From Octopus bimaculoides (Eukaryota): 64,000 bases of DNA. Below, one piece after another: positions 52,412 through 64,000 of the stretch. Position 1 is the first letter of the stretch. The number at the start of each line of letters is the position of its first letter. The stretch lies in NCBI RefSeq assembly GCF_001194135.2, contig NC_068984.1, forward strand, positions 139,220,068-139,284,067, written 5' to 3'. The position numbers were made by a program, and so were the translations under genes. The notes under the pieces are model-generated. The model saw only the letters and a program-made list of their open reading frames with translations. It was not told the DNA's origin and made no database searches.

Positions 52412-52870
52412 GGTGTGGTCTAGGAGAAGTGAACGCTATAAAGACGCATGTGCCATGGAGAGAGACGCAGGGGTGGCCAAAGAATCATGGCCTGGGATGC
52501 TATAGGCCTGAATCAGAGAGTTGGGCCGAATGTGTTCCAAAATATTGGTGTAGGCTGGGGGAATGGCATCACAGTGCGTTGACCAGATCCTAAAACCTCA
52601 CATCGTGCCCTTCTTTGTACTTTACCATAGCCAAGTATTCTAGCAGGACAATGCTCCTTCGCACACGGCCAGGGTCACCATGGACTTCCTGCATTAGCAC
52701 AGCGTCAGAACCATGCCACGGATTTCATCCCAATTGAACACCCGTGGGATGAAATCCAGAGGCGGCTGAACCAGGTGGTCTTAAGGACGATAACTCGTGT
52801 GGAACTGGAGGCCACTTTTCTCATGGTGTGGGTACAGCCGCCAATGGCTTTTGTGAACCGCCTCATGCCT
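52412..52870 (+). mobile_element. Tc1-like (DD34E) transposase fragment
   Basis: VWSRRSERY, GGQRIMAW, QILKPHIVPF, F*QDNAPSHTARVTMDFL and PIEHPWDEIQRRL. Confidence 0.8.
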
Positions 52871-53019
52871 GTGCTTGACTCTTCAAATCTAACAATCTAA
52901 AAAGTTGCTATTACAAACATAAGGTGTCCATCATTTTAGACCGGAAAAAGAACTAGTTTTAGAGATGATATGCAAATTTAGTAAGATAACTCACTGCCAA
53001 TGCATTTTCCAATTTTAGC

Positions 53020-53415
53020 AGGAGAAGGGATCAGTTGTTAATATCGACCCCAGTACTTGATAGGCATTTTATTTTATCGACACTGAAAGGATGAAAGGCA
53101 AAGTCGACCCTGTTGGTTTTAAAGTCATAATGTAGCGACTCGGAAGAAATACTGGCAAGTGTCATTTTTAAGGTCCTCTAATGAATCTGCTAGCTCACTG
53201 CCTTAGAATCAATAGTAACAGCATAATTCAAAATAAAGCGGTTAGCTGGCAGAACCGTTAGTATGCCGGACAAAAAGCTTAGCGGCATTACTTCCGCCTT
53301 AATCTCCTCAGTTCAATTACCCGAAGGTCGACTTTAGCTTTCGACTTTTAGGGTTCAATAATAAAAATACCAATCTGGCACAAAATTTCAGGTCTGTGCT
53401 TTTAGTAGAAAGGAA
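53020..53415. mobile_element. Divergent (head-to-head) pair of degenerate SINE family B
   Basis: Minus copy about 53020-53202 and plus copy about 53237-53415. Confidence 0.7.
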
Positions 53416-54016
53416 TTTGATAAATCAAGTGAGAAGTGGAAAATCGCTCTTCCCAGACATTACCTTCCCACGAATTTGGAGATGAAAAACTATCTATTTG
53501 TCTGTCAGTTAAATCTGTCGTGATTTACATTTTTGAAAGAGTCACGGTCAAAAATTTCGAAATATTATTGCTTTTTGCAATTAAATAAATCTCTTACAGT
53601 TTATCAAAGTAAATCTTTTATGAATTCCCGTTTCCTGTAAAATTTTCGTCTCGGTTCTTTATTGAAAAATGTATAAAAGAAAATGCAAAAAACATGTCAA
53701 GAATTATTAATGTACTTTATTTAGAATGCTCAGAAATATGTAAATTTATTCGTACTTTTTGTTTGATAACAACCAAGCGTATTACTTTACTAAAAATACA
53801 TTTCCTTGATATTGCTAATGCTCTTGTGAAAAGACGTTTTGCCGCTGAAAAAAAAAAAAAAAAGTCAAGCGCATATTGGCTAGAAATCAATATTCCGGGG
53901 GAGACAATTGTAGTTTCGAAAAGATTTCTATACTGATGCATAAGAAATGATTGAATGTCACACTTCACACAACACTTACTGTAAAGAATTTTGTGAAAGA
54001 AAATACAACACAAAAA

Positions 54017-54073
<57 letters not shown>

Positions 54074-54296
54074 TAATAATAATAATAATGATAATGAATA
54101 GCCTATGGCATATTGAAATTACTTTTCTTATCTGATTCAATTTCACTTGTGATATAAAATTATTCTGTGTTAGTGTAGTGATTGGGGTGAGAAGGAAACC
54201 GATATTTACTGGAACGTTCTGCTCCAGAGGTAGTCAACAGGCAAGTTGAACGATCAGTTCTAGACCGGAACACTTTCCGTACAGTGTGATTGTCTG

Positions 54297-54394
<98 letters not shown>

Positions 54395-55654
54395 GTATGT
54401 GTGTGTGTGTGTGTATGTGTATGTGTGTGTGTGTATGTGTGTGTGTGTTAGTAGACATAGATTTTAGACATAAAACGTATATATTTACTCTTGTATGTCA
54501 GTATTAACACTACACAATTAACGTTCATTTAGAAGCATTTATAAGTTCATGCATAACTTTACATGTATACACTCACTCACGAATACATACACACATGTAT
54601 CATTACTTTCTTAGTCTATACATATGTATGTATATGCCTATTATAAGATTGTAGCTTAGCTTTTAGATTGTATACACAAATCTAAATGTTAGTAGGCATG
54701 CATATAAGAGTTTGGGCGTTGGAATGTGATTTGGCAGTTTATTTCGCAAATATGTTAATCCGGGGTCTGATCCACTGTTTGGCATCTTAATCAAGAGTCT
54801 TCTGCTGTATCCTTTGGCGGACTGATGCCCTCGTTTGGACGAAAGCGTCTTTCAGATTATATATTTACTTTTGTATCAAGCAACGGTTTCATTTTTCCTT
54901 CTGTACTTTTCGCTGGATTTTTTCACAGTAAGAGTGAAGCTGATATATACGAAAACAAACTCCATTTGAATATCATTTAAAATTCGGAGCACGTTTCTGG
55001 TAGCCAGAATAAAAACATATAGTTCAATTGAGATATATTACTCAGTAGCCTCCCGTATCCTATTGAAGGAGTTTAAAAAACGAACAAAACACAAAGATAA
55101 TTATTTAGGTAATTCCGTTCTGAATTTACTACAAGGATACAATGATTGTAGTTTTTTAAAGATAACTATAGATGCCGGTAGCATATTTTATCATCGACTA
55201 CAAGTGAAAAAAAAAGTCTAACAAGTCTACCAGAGTGATATTTGAGTTGAGAGTCTACTTATAGGTATCCGGTCGCGCCGCTTGCACGGATTCCAGTGAC
55301 TCCCTGTCACCGTCCAGTTCCATTATTCATATCTGAATCGGGACCTTGAGTCATAATGAATCTTTCATTATCTGATAACACAAAGATGGATGCCGCCTCT
55401 ACGAATGAGTTGTAGTTACTCGTTTCAGAGAGGTTGGTGACCCTAACCGTCGATCTTCTAGGATTCCTCTGCTCAGTTCAGTTCTTTAGATGGCGTCTCT
55501 GTCATATTGCAGTTCCATGACCTCACCCTATCCTTCGTTGCGTGGATGAAGGGGTGCTTTGCCTTGCCAAAGGACAGCCCGCAACTATGCAAGGCACGTC
55601 ATCACTCCACTTGGTATTTTCAAAATACCCGTATGCTATAATAAATTTTAAAAT

Positions 55655-55840
55655 AGGCACAGTGTCTGAAATTTTGTGGCCGGGTGCAAATCGATAAAAT
55701 TGACCACAATATTCAATTGATTTTTATTTTGACGACCTGGAAAGGATGAAAGACAAAGTCGACCACGGCTGATTTTGATTTCAAAACGTAAAGATATGCG
55801 AAACACCGCTAAGCATTTCGTTCGGGATGCTAATGATTCT
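55655..55840 (-). mobile_element. Degenerate SINE family B
   Basis: AAAGGATGAAAGACAAAGTCGACC..CCGCTAAGCATTTCG. Confidence 0.7.
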
Positions 55841-56047
55841 GGCCAAAAATCACGCACCAAAAGATTTTACGTTTTATTTGTATTATGTTGTTATTATTAT
55901 TATTGCTTTCACTCATCATTTAACACAACGCTTGTGTTCATTCGTATTTTATTTATTTTATTCTACTATCGAAAAATTGAAGCATGTCTTTGTCTATTCC
56001 GGAGCGTATTGGACTTATTATGTGCATGACTTATAGCCCACCCTGTA
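55841..56047. mobile_element. Possible Tc1/mariner MITE with left TIR clipped by a SINE
   Basis: Right end reverse complement TACAGGGTGGGCTATAAGTCATGCAC; left GGCCAAAAATCACGCAC. Confidence 0.4.
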
Positions 56048-56588
56048 TATCTCGTTGTCTTTAAAGTATTTTATACCGTATACTACAATATTCTAATTCT
56101 CGCATCTTAAATCCGTAGAGTGTAATTTGAAGAAGCTATTTTTAGCATGCCGCAATCGCGTAAAGGTTCTCTTGTTGAAGGCCATGTTAATAATTGATTT
56201 TTCCATAGGTTCAAGATGACATACTTGCCACGACAACGATAGTGAAATGTATTGAGCGTAACATATTTCTGGGTTTGTATTTAGAAAACGCCCTCTTGCG
56301 ACTAAAAGGGAAGGAACGCGGATGTTCTGGAAGTTACGCGTAACCTGAAATGAAGTTCAATAAGCTTAGGTTTGGACTTTTATCACCATACATCAACTAA
56401 TATTAGATAATGAAATAAAGAGTTATTTCTCGAAAATTGCAGAGACATAATTCTGAAAGAACCCACAGTAACCATTCATATTGGTAAATTTAAAAGCTAA
56501 ATCCTTAGCGATTATTTATAGTTGTCTTCCCACTTCAATAATTATATATGTGTGTGTGTATGTGTGTGTACTTATACTTATATATGAA

Positions 56589-56630
<42 letters not shown>

Positions 56631-56858
56631 NNNNNNNNNNNNNNNNNNNNNNNNNNNNNNNNNNNNNNNNNNNNNNNNNNNNNNNNNNNNNNNNNNNNNN
56701 NNNNNNNNNNNNNNNNNNNNNNNNNNNNNNNNNNNNNNNNNNNNNNNNNNNNNNNNNNNNNNNNNNNNNNNNNNNNNNNNNNNNNNNNNNNNNNNNNNNN
56801 NNNNNNNNNNNNNNNNNNNNNNNNNNNNNNNNNNNNNNNNNNNNNNNNNNNNNNNNNN

Positions 56859-56961
<103 letters not shown>

Positions 56962-57621
56962 TCGGTAAACAAAACCCTATATAGATTATTATATGTTGTA
57001 CAATAATCATGCAGTTGTGTACATGTGTTTTCTAAATACTGAGCAGATGGCATTTGTAAAATGTTTATTTACATCATTAACAATTTATTTCGCCTAACAA
57101 AACATTATGTTATGATTTACTTTGTGATATACGTTAGCTATTATTCACACGTCTTCTTTTACACACAACGGACATATACACAAACATGGACGCAAACATA
57201 CATGTATACGTACATACATATATACATACATACACACAGGCAAGAATACACCGCATGATTGCATACTGTATGAATATATTTTCTTTGCATTCATAGAAAC
57301 CTATGTGGTATTCTTTAAAAAAGAATAGTATCCACAATCATTTCGAAGTATTGACAGCAACAGTCCTATGGTGGCTTAGGTGGTCGAAGCTTCGAAGTTA
57401 CTGTCAATAATATCCTTGTTAAAGAAGAATAAATTTGTACTCTACGAAATGTATTCAGTAGTCCATAAATTTAATCCAAAACTGTTTTTATTAGAACATA
57501 AACACAAAAATTAATGTGTGTGTATATATAAATGTATGTATTATGTATGTATGGATGCATGGATGGCTTGATGGAATATCGCTACTATTAACACAGTAAT
57601 TGTACGCTTATATATGTACGT

Positions 57622-57990
57622 GGCCGTATAGTAAGAAGTTGCCTCTCAAACATATGATTCCGGGTTCAGTCCCACTGTATGGCACCCCGGGTAAATGTCG
57701 TCCTCAGGCCGACTAAAGCCTTCTGAGTGGATTTGGTAGATGGAAACTGAAAAATGTCCGTCATGCATATAATATGAATATATATTTATGTGTGTTATTG
57801 TATCCCCTCACCATCGCTTGACCGACGTTGGTGTGTTTATGTCCTCGTAACGTAGCGGTTGGGCCAATAAGAACCGATGGAATAAGTACTAGGCTTACAA
57901 AGAATAAGTCCTCGGATCGATTTGTTCGACTAAAGGCAGTGTTCCAGCATGGCCGCTGTCAAATTATTGAAACGTATAAATAAAAGAGCA
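57622..57990 (+). mobile_element. SINE family A
   Basis: CCGGGTTCAGTCCCACTG head through GTTCCAGCATGGCCGCTGTCAAAT tail. Confidence 0.85.
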
Positions 57991-57993
57991 AAA

Positions 57994-58024
<31 letters not shown>

Positions 58025-58454
58025 NNNNNNNNNNNNNNNNNNNNNNNNNNNNNNNNNNNNNNNNNNNNNNNNNNNNNNNNNNNNNNNNNNNNNNNNNNNN
58101 NNNNNNNNNNNNNTATATATAAAGGCAAATAAGAAATTGGAGAGGATAAACAATCGACAAACATCAGCCAGTGAACATTCAATGATATCTATTTATTACA
58201 AACATGCGTGATTCAAGTAAACGAATGAAATAAGCTAATAAATACGTAAACAGATAAGCCAGTGATTTTTCTTACAGTATTTTTGTATGAGAATTTGGGG
58301 GTTAAAACTGTTCCATGCTTATATAGACATGTGGTTCGATTAGTGTATGCATAAATGTAGGTGTACATGCCTGCCTTTACCTTCTGTTTGAACATGTTTC
58401 TTTAATACTTAGGTGCATGTTTATAAGCATGAATGTATATAGGTGTATATGGGC

Positions 58455-58745
58455 CAAGGTGCGTGAATTCGTAGTTAGAGTATTCGGCTCGCGATTGTAA
58501 GGTCCTGGGTTCGATTCCGAAATGTTTTGTCTCTTAGAGCAAGGTTATTTATTTCATATTGCTCCCGTCCGCTCGGCTGGCAAAATAAGTTGCTTTGGCC
58601 CATTTTATGTGACGCTGAATTTCCCTTAGAAGTACCTTAAGGATACGTGTGTCTGTGGAGTTCTCAGCCACTTGCACATTAGTTTCACAAGCAGGCTGTT
58701 TCTTGATCGGATCAATTCGAACACTCGACGCCATAACCAACAGAT
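58455..58745 (+). mobile_element. SINE family C
   Basis: CCTGGGTTCGATTCC box B, then CGTGTGTCTGTGGAGTTCTCAGCCACTTGCAC. Confidence 0.8.
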
Positions 58746-59814
58746 TGCCATTAATGTGCATATGTATGCATATTTGTATGCACGTATGTATGACTGTATG
58801 TATGCGTAGATACGTATACGTATATGTTATTTTTTTTTCCTTGATTGCTGATTAAAATTTTAATTTTTATAAAAATGGCTTGGAGATTAAAATGAAATGA
58901 CATTGTATTATAATGTTTAATGTTTTGAATTTTAATCTAAACATTAAAAATGTCAAATAAACTTGGCAGAATAATTTTGACGATAAATCCTCGAACAATA
59001 GGAATTACGTTGGTTGAATGCCTCAAACTGAATCTTCTTTGATGCAATGAAACTATATATTTAAAAACTATTAAAATCGAAACGACAAATGAATGTCGTG
59101 ACGGAAGTATTTTGTCTTTTATCTATAGCTATTAAGCTATAGTTATAAAGTTATTTTATTCGTTGAGACGCTCTTGTTACCAATACACACACACGTGAGC
59201 ACACACATACACATACATATACATGCGCGCGCACAAACTGATTGTCTAGCACTTCAGGTTTATTGTAAATTAATTTGTTAATAAAGGAATTAATTAATCG
59301 ATTAATTGGTTCCACGTTAAGAATGTTGCCTAACAATTGCAAAATTACTATAACAAAATTATTACTGTCTTCATATACGTTTCAAATTCTAAGCATCAAT
59401 TAATTATTGTACGTTTGTCTTCTTTTTTATTCTTAAAGTTCCATACTTTCACTACTCTAGTTCGCTCTTTCACACGTTCCTTCTAATTAAAACAATGTGC
59501 ATCGAGGCAATGGGATATATACATGATCTGCAATAATTAGTGACCAATCCTTTCAATGCAAGACTTTTTATTTAATTTTATTTGGTTTCTCAACACCCAG
59601 AATACATTTAATTAATTTATAACTTTCTATATCTTTCTAATTTCAGATTTGAATTACGCCGTGTACAATTCATATATGTTAAAAAAAAGATTAAGACTGT
59701 AAGAAACATTTCTTGTTACGGTTAATGCATACGAGAAATATTTCTTGTTATAGTTAGTTGATATAATTGCCCTTATTTTAATATTTCCCTTAATTATAGC
59801 GAAACTAATAACTA

Positions 59815-59880
59815 GAACTAAAGGCGGTGCTCCAGCATGGCCACAGTCAAAAGACTGAAACAAGTAAAAGAGTAAAAGAG
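59815..59880 (+). mobile_element. SINE family A 3' tail
   Basis: ACTAAAGGCGGTGCTCCAGCATGGCCACAGTCAAAAGACTGAAACAAGTAAAAGAGTAAAAGAG. Confidence 0.75.
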
Positions 59881-61095
59881 TATACGTATGGTGCAGAGCA
59901 CAATTTTATATGAGTATAAAGTGGTAATAAAAACAAAAACGATATGACACCAGAAAACAAATGTTAAGAACTTCATTAGCCAACAACTACTGCTGCTACA
60001 AGATGTAGTGAAGTATTTGTTGAGTATTAGGAAAACATCCTATTGCTTCATCAAAGCCTTGAATATGAAGTGCATTTTATTTGGAAAAGTTACATTTTCA
60101 AGACATACAGCCGTTATGAGTGAGAAAGTTTATGTTGATTTCAAGGCTCTGATGAAACTCTAGGATGTTATCCTGGTACTCAACTAAGATTCCACCACGT
60201 CTTATAGCAGAAACAATTGTAAGCTAATGAAGTTCGTAACACCTGGCTTTTCCAGTGTCATCTCTTTGTTTTCTAATTGCCGTTATGTCTGATGTTAAAA
60301 GATATGGAGTTACTTACTGTTAGTTAGACATAAGGAAAGCTCACAACGACCTTCCTTCATTTGGACCACAAATATTTGCGTAAAAGATTAATGTCCCTGG
60401 AAATTGTTATATAAATTCATTTATGTATATTATTTTTATTCGAACTATTTTGTCATCAGAGACCCTACACAATGTAGTTCCAAACTAACTATGCTCGTGT
60501 GAATTCCGTTCAGAAAACTTGTGGCATTATTTATTCAAATACAAAAACTACCAGTTTGGGTCAGATTACATTTTGTTAAATGGTCTTAAAGAAGCCTATA
60601 AACTTTGGAGGTGAAATTTGTTTCAAAAATACCCCATCAATAAAATCTACAAGACGATTTAACAACGGAAGCATTTAACTGCTCACTTTTGTTCAGTACC
60701 TTCTTCCATTTTTACTGCATCTTATTTTTTCCATTTTCTTGTTTGTGTGGTTTCTTATCCCTGATGGGCATTATATAACTTTCTCATACTGTCACAACTT
60801 AGCCGCTTTACACGGACGCTTAAATTTATTAAAGAAATAAATCAATGATTTTAGGAAGCGTCTTCGTAACTATCTGTTTTGGAATTCATTTCTTAAAATA
60901 TTCTGATGAATATTGGGGAAAATTTTAGTCTGCGATATATTTGTTTTTAAATTCATCTTTTAAAGAACGTTTTAATTGTGTTTACTTGTCAACGGTAATC
61001 TTCTATCTCTATAGTAACTAATGAAATTTTATTCTAAATTAATGTATTTTAATATCGATTACTGTGTGAGTGTCTGAGTACGTGTGCGTGTATTT

Positions 61096-61146
<51 letters not shown>

Positions 61147-62338
61147 GATTTTATCGCTTCCACTTTATAATACAAAATCAGAGGGTGTTTCTGGTTGTGT
61201 ATGAACGAACGCTAACGCATCCACACACATATATATTACATAAATATACATACACTCGCACATAAATACAAACGCACACAAGCCCACACTAACGTACGCA
61301 GATATTTCTCTCCAAGAATATGGTATTTTAAACATTTCCATTTATTATTGATATCATTCCTTTATCTTTTCTCATAATCCCTATTTAATTGTTTGATGTC
61401 AACTTTAAGAACTAAAGACAGTAAAATAAATCCATCACTATTCCTGGAATTTTGTTTTTATTTCAATTTTTCATGAATTATTTTACTGTGATAAAAATCT
61501 AGGTCCATGGTTTTCTATGAAATTTTGTTTATTTCAACTGATTTATAACAGTCAATTTGTCTATGATATTATTATGACTATAAGATATCCTTATTTGTTA
61601 TTAGCAGAGATGCTTCTACAAAAACTAGCTCTTTTGATATTTTGTGTCTGACTAGTCAAATTTTTCTAGCATTTTTAGAGCTTCCTGACAACAACGGAGA
61701 GAAATAACGAAAATGATAAGTCTTGCAGTAAATTTTTAAATCCCTATCTATAACCCTTACCCACTCACTAAAACTGGATGGCTCATCTTATACATGGCGG
61801 CTATCCGGTGAGCATATGATGCCTTCGCGCCTCACACACAGGTCAAACATTCTCGCACCCCAAAACTGCTACTATTCGTTTTCCTCCCTTGTGAAAAGAA
61901 TCTTCACCAACTTTAGGTGAACGTTAGGTAAAGTATATTTAAATGAAGTGGATAGTATAGATTTGAGAGTGGACGAACGACTCTATAAATGCAGAGTGAC
62001 AGAGAGTTATCTCATAAGAAATTTTGGTTTTGCAGTGAAGAAGAGTTCAATGAGTTACCTTGTAGTTATGTCTCCCTCAAAGTGAGGTGTGAATTCTTGT
62101 ATTTGACATATGCGAAGTGGGAATCTTAGTGGAGTGAAAGACATTATTTGGAGAATATAGTCCTAGTTGGGTTGAATGGAGCTGGTGAAAGCTCGTCTAG
62201 CACCTGATCCTATGACACTTCAAGTTAGCTGGATAATCGAAACCTTGCCGAATGTAAGTCGACTAACCTGGGCAACATATGTGATTGATTTATTTCTAAC
62301 TGATCACGAACAGCTTGTCGGCTTACTAGACTCATCCC

Positions 62339-62394
<56 letters not shown>

Positions 62395-62396
<2 letters not shown>

Positions 62397-62601
62397 TCCA
62401 TTGGACACTTTGCAACAAGTATGGACTTGACAGAGCAAAAAAGTGGTATGAACATAACCCGAAGACATCATCGAAAATGATGGTGCAAAGATCCTATGGG
62501 ATTCTATGATTCCGTGTGACCATGAGATAGAGAATAGGAAACCAGACATAGTGTTAATGAAGACAAAAAGCAAACGATGCTGGATCATAGATATAGCATG
62601 C
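62395..62601 (+). mobile_element. Internal fragment of an R4/Dong-like RLE retrotransposon
   Basis: VHWTLCNKYGLDRAKKWYEH / EDIIENDGAKILWDSMIPCDHEIENRKPDIVLMKTKSKRCWIIDIAC contains the KPD..D motif. It starts directly after (AAT)n. Confidence 0.8.
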
Positions 62602-62729
62602 GTTCAATTTTTAGCGCTTTGTCTTCAAAACGTCTCCCCGCAGTAAGTATTTTATTGCAAAGTAAATATTTATAAGATGGTATAAGACTACAAAAGAATA
62701 TATTAGACTTTACAAGACTTTAAAAAACT

Positions 62730-63110
62730 TTATAAGAGGTATTGAAAGTATTGTCCTTCATTTTCAATATATAAGTTAACTCCTCTTCCACACATATTTT
62801 GAACTACATTTTGGAGAGTCTGACGCGGTATAGAGTCAAGATGAAAAACTCCACCGCTGAGGGACTTTTTGAACATCCTATATTCTAGATGTTATATTAA
62901 TGAGTTCGATTAGTACGTCACTGAAGCCAGGCTGGAGTAGATTTTGACATTCTTATGGAAAACATCGATGTACATGAAAGGTGATATTCGCTGCGTAGTT
63001 AACAGATGGTTCTCTATACAAAACCTTGAAATGGAATTCGCTTTTTATTCCCAAGAATACCAATAATTCAAATCGTAGCAGAGACTTTTCCCCACTGGTT
63101 CACCATGTAT
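62730..63110 (-). mobile_element. Decayed Tc1/mariner transposase C-terminal remnant
   Basis: Minus strand ends LQNVVQNMCGRGVNLYIENEGQYFQYLL*, resembling the G.HF.HLL* terminus. Confidence 0.5.
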
Positions 63111-63214
63111 TTACTCTACGAGGTAAGTTGTAATACACTATACCAGAGAACACAAAACCAAACTGCAGCAACGCTTACCGAAGAACGGATCTGCAGTCTT
63201 TAGAATTCCTCAGT

Positions 63215-63555
63215 CAATTAACTGCGGCCTTGCTGGGGCACTGCTTTGAAGAGCTTTTAATTGAACGAATCGACCCAGCATATATTTTATTTCTAGGTCT
63301 GATACTTATTCTATCAGTCTATTAACGAACCGCAGTATCACGGGGACTTAAACACATCAACATTAGTTGTCAAGCGGTGGTGGGGAACAAACATACACAC
63401 ATATATGTATATATATACAACGAGCTTCTTTCAGTTTCCATCTACCGATTGCACCCACAAGATTTGCTCGGCCTGATGCTATAGAGGAAGACAAAAGATC
63501 AAGGTGCAAAGCAGTGGAACTGAACCCGAAATCATATGATTGGAAACATTCTGAT
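63215..63555 (-). mobile_element. Diverged SINE family A
   Basis: GCTTCTTTCAGTTTCCATCTACC and GTGGAACTGAACCCG in reverse orientation. Confidence 0.7.
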
Positions 63556-63967
63556 CACACCGCCACGCCTGCGCTATGCACATAACAGCCTAATGCTAAA
63601 ATAGATACTCAGAACGCTTACTTTAGACTCGAAAAGGCATATGCTTTATCATAATCAATAAGTCTAAAAGCTACAGTTCAAATTCCGGTGGCATTGCCTA
63701 TATGCAACCCAATGGTGCCGCCTAATATAAGTATAAACCAACTTTACGTTATTCAGAATAAGAAGACTATAATATTCTTGGAACTTTCAATTTTTTTTTT
63801 CTCTTTTTACCTCTAGAAAATTAATGAGCCAAACAAACTGCATGTAAATTTCAAAGTATTTTGGAAAAAAATTTAAATAGTTTTCACTTTCATATGTGCT
63901 TATATGCATGTATGTCTATTAACCGATTAAAAAACAGATTTGTATCCATACACACACACATATATAT

Positions 63968-64000
<33 letters not shown>

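Noticed and set aside
55260-55620. GC-richer island whose minus frame contains STVRVTNLSE, resembling the eIF3g RRM start
   Set aside because: Similarity stops after about 9 residues, the flanks do not match an RRM, and there is an in-frame stop just upstream. Its origin is unresolved.

Overview
AT-rich eukaryotic DNA that is very rich in repeats, with 15 N-gaps (about 6.2 kb in total, most flanked by (TA)n). The three dominant tRNA-derived SINE families and the microsatellite load look like an Octopus genome; this is recognised from memory, not from a search. No host protein-coding gene could be confidently assigned, so the window is probably intronic or intergenic. Nearly all listed ORFs are microsatellite, N-gap or decayed-transposon translations. 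Supported content: dozens of SINE copies, at least seven Tc1/mariner remnants (two about full length), Tigger-like and mariner MITEs, two lineages of restriction-like-endonuclease (R4/Dong-type) non-LTR retrotransposon fragments, and Penelope-like element (PLE) remnants. The best signal is a 229-bp module in (TA)n at 44709-44937. It forms a 76-bp-arm hairpin, and each arm encodes a minimal type I hammerhead ribozyme fold on opposite strands, both with a variant CCGAUGA core. A decayed PLE RT-tail/GIY-YIG ORF (40795-42210), interrupted by a SINE and a mariner, lies 2.5 kb upstream. This is an unannotated instance of known biology (PLE hammerheads, microsatellite-targeting retroelements) rather than a proven new system. 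SINE and microsatellite boundaries are approximate.
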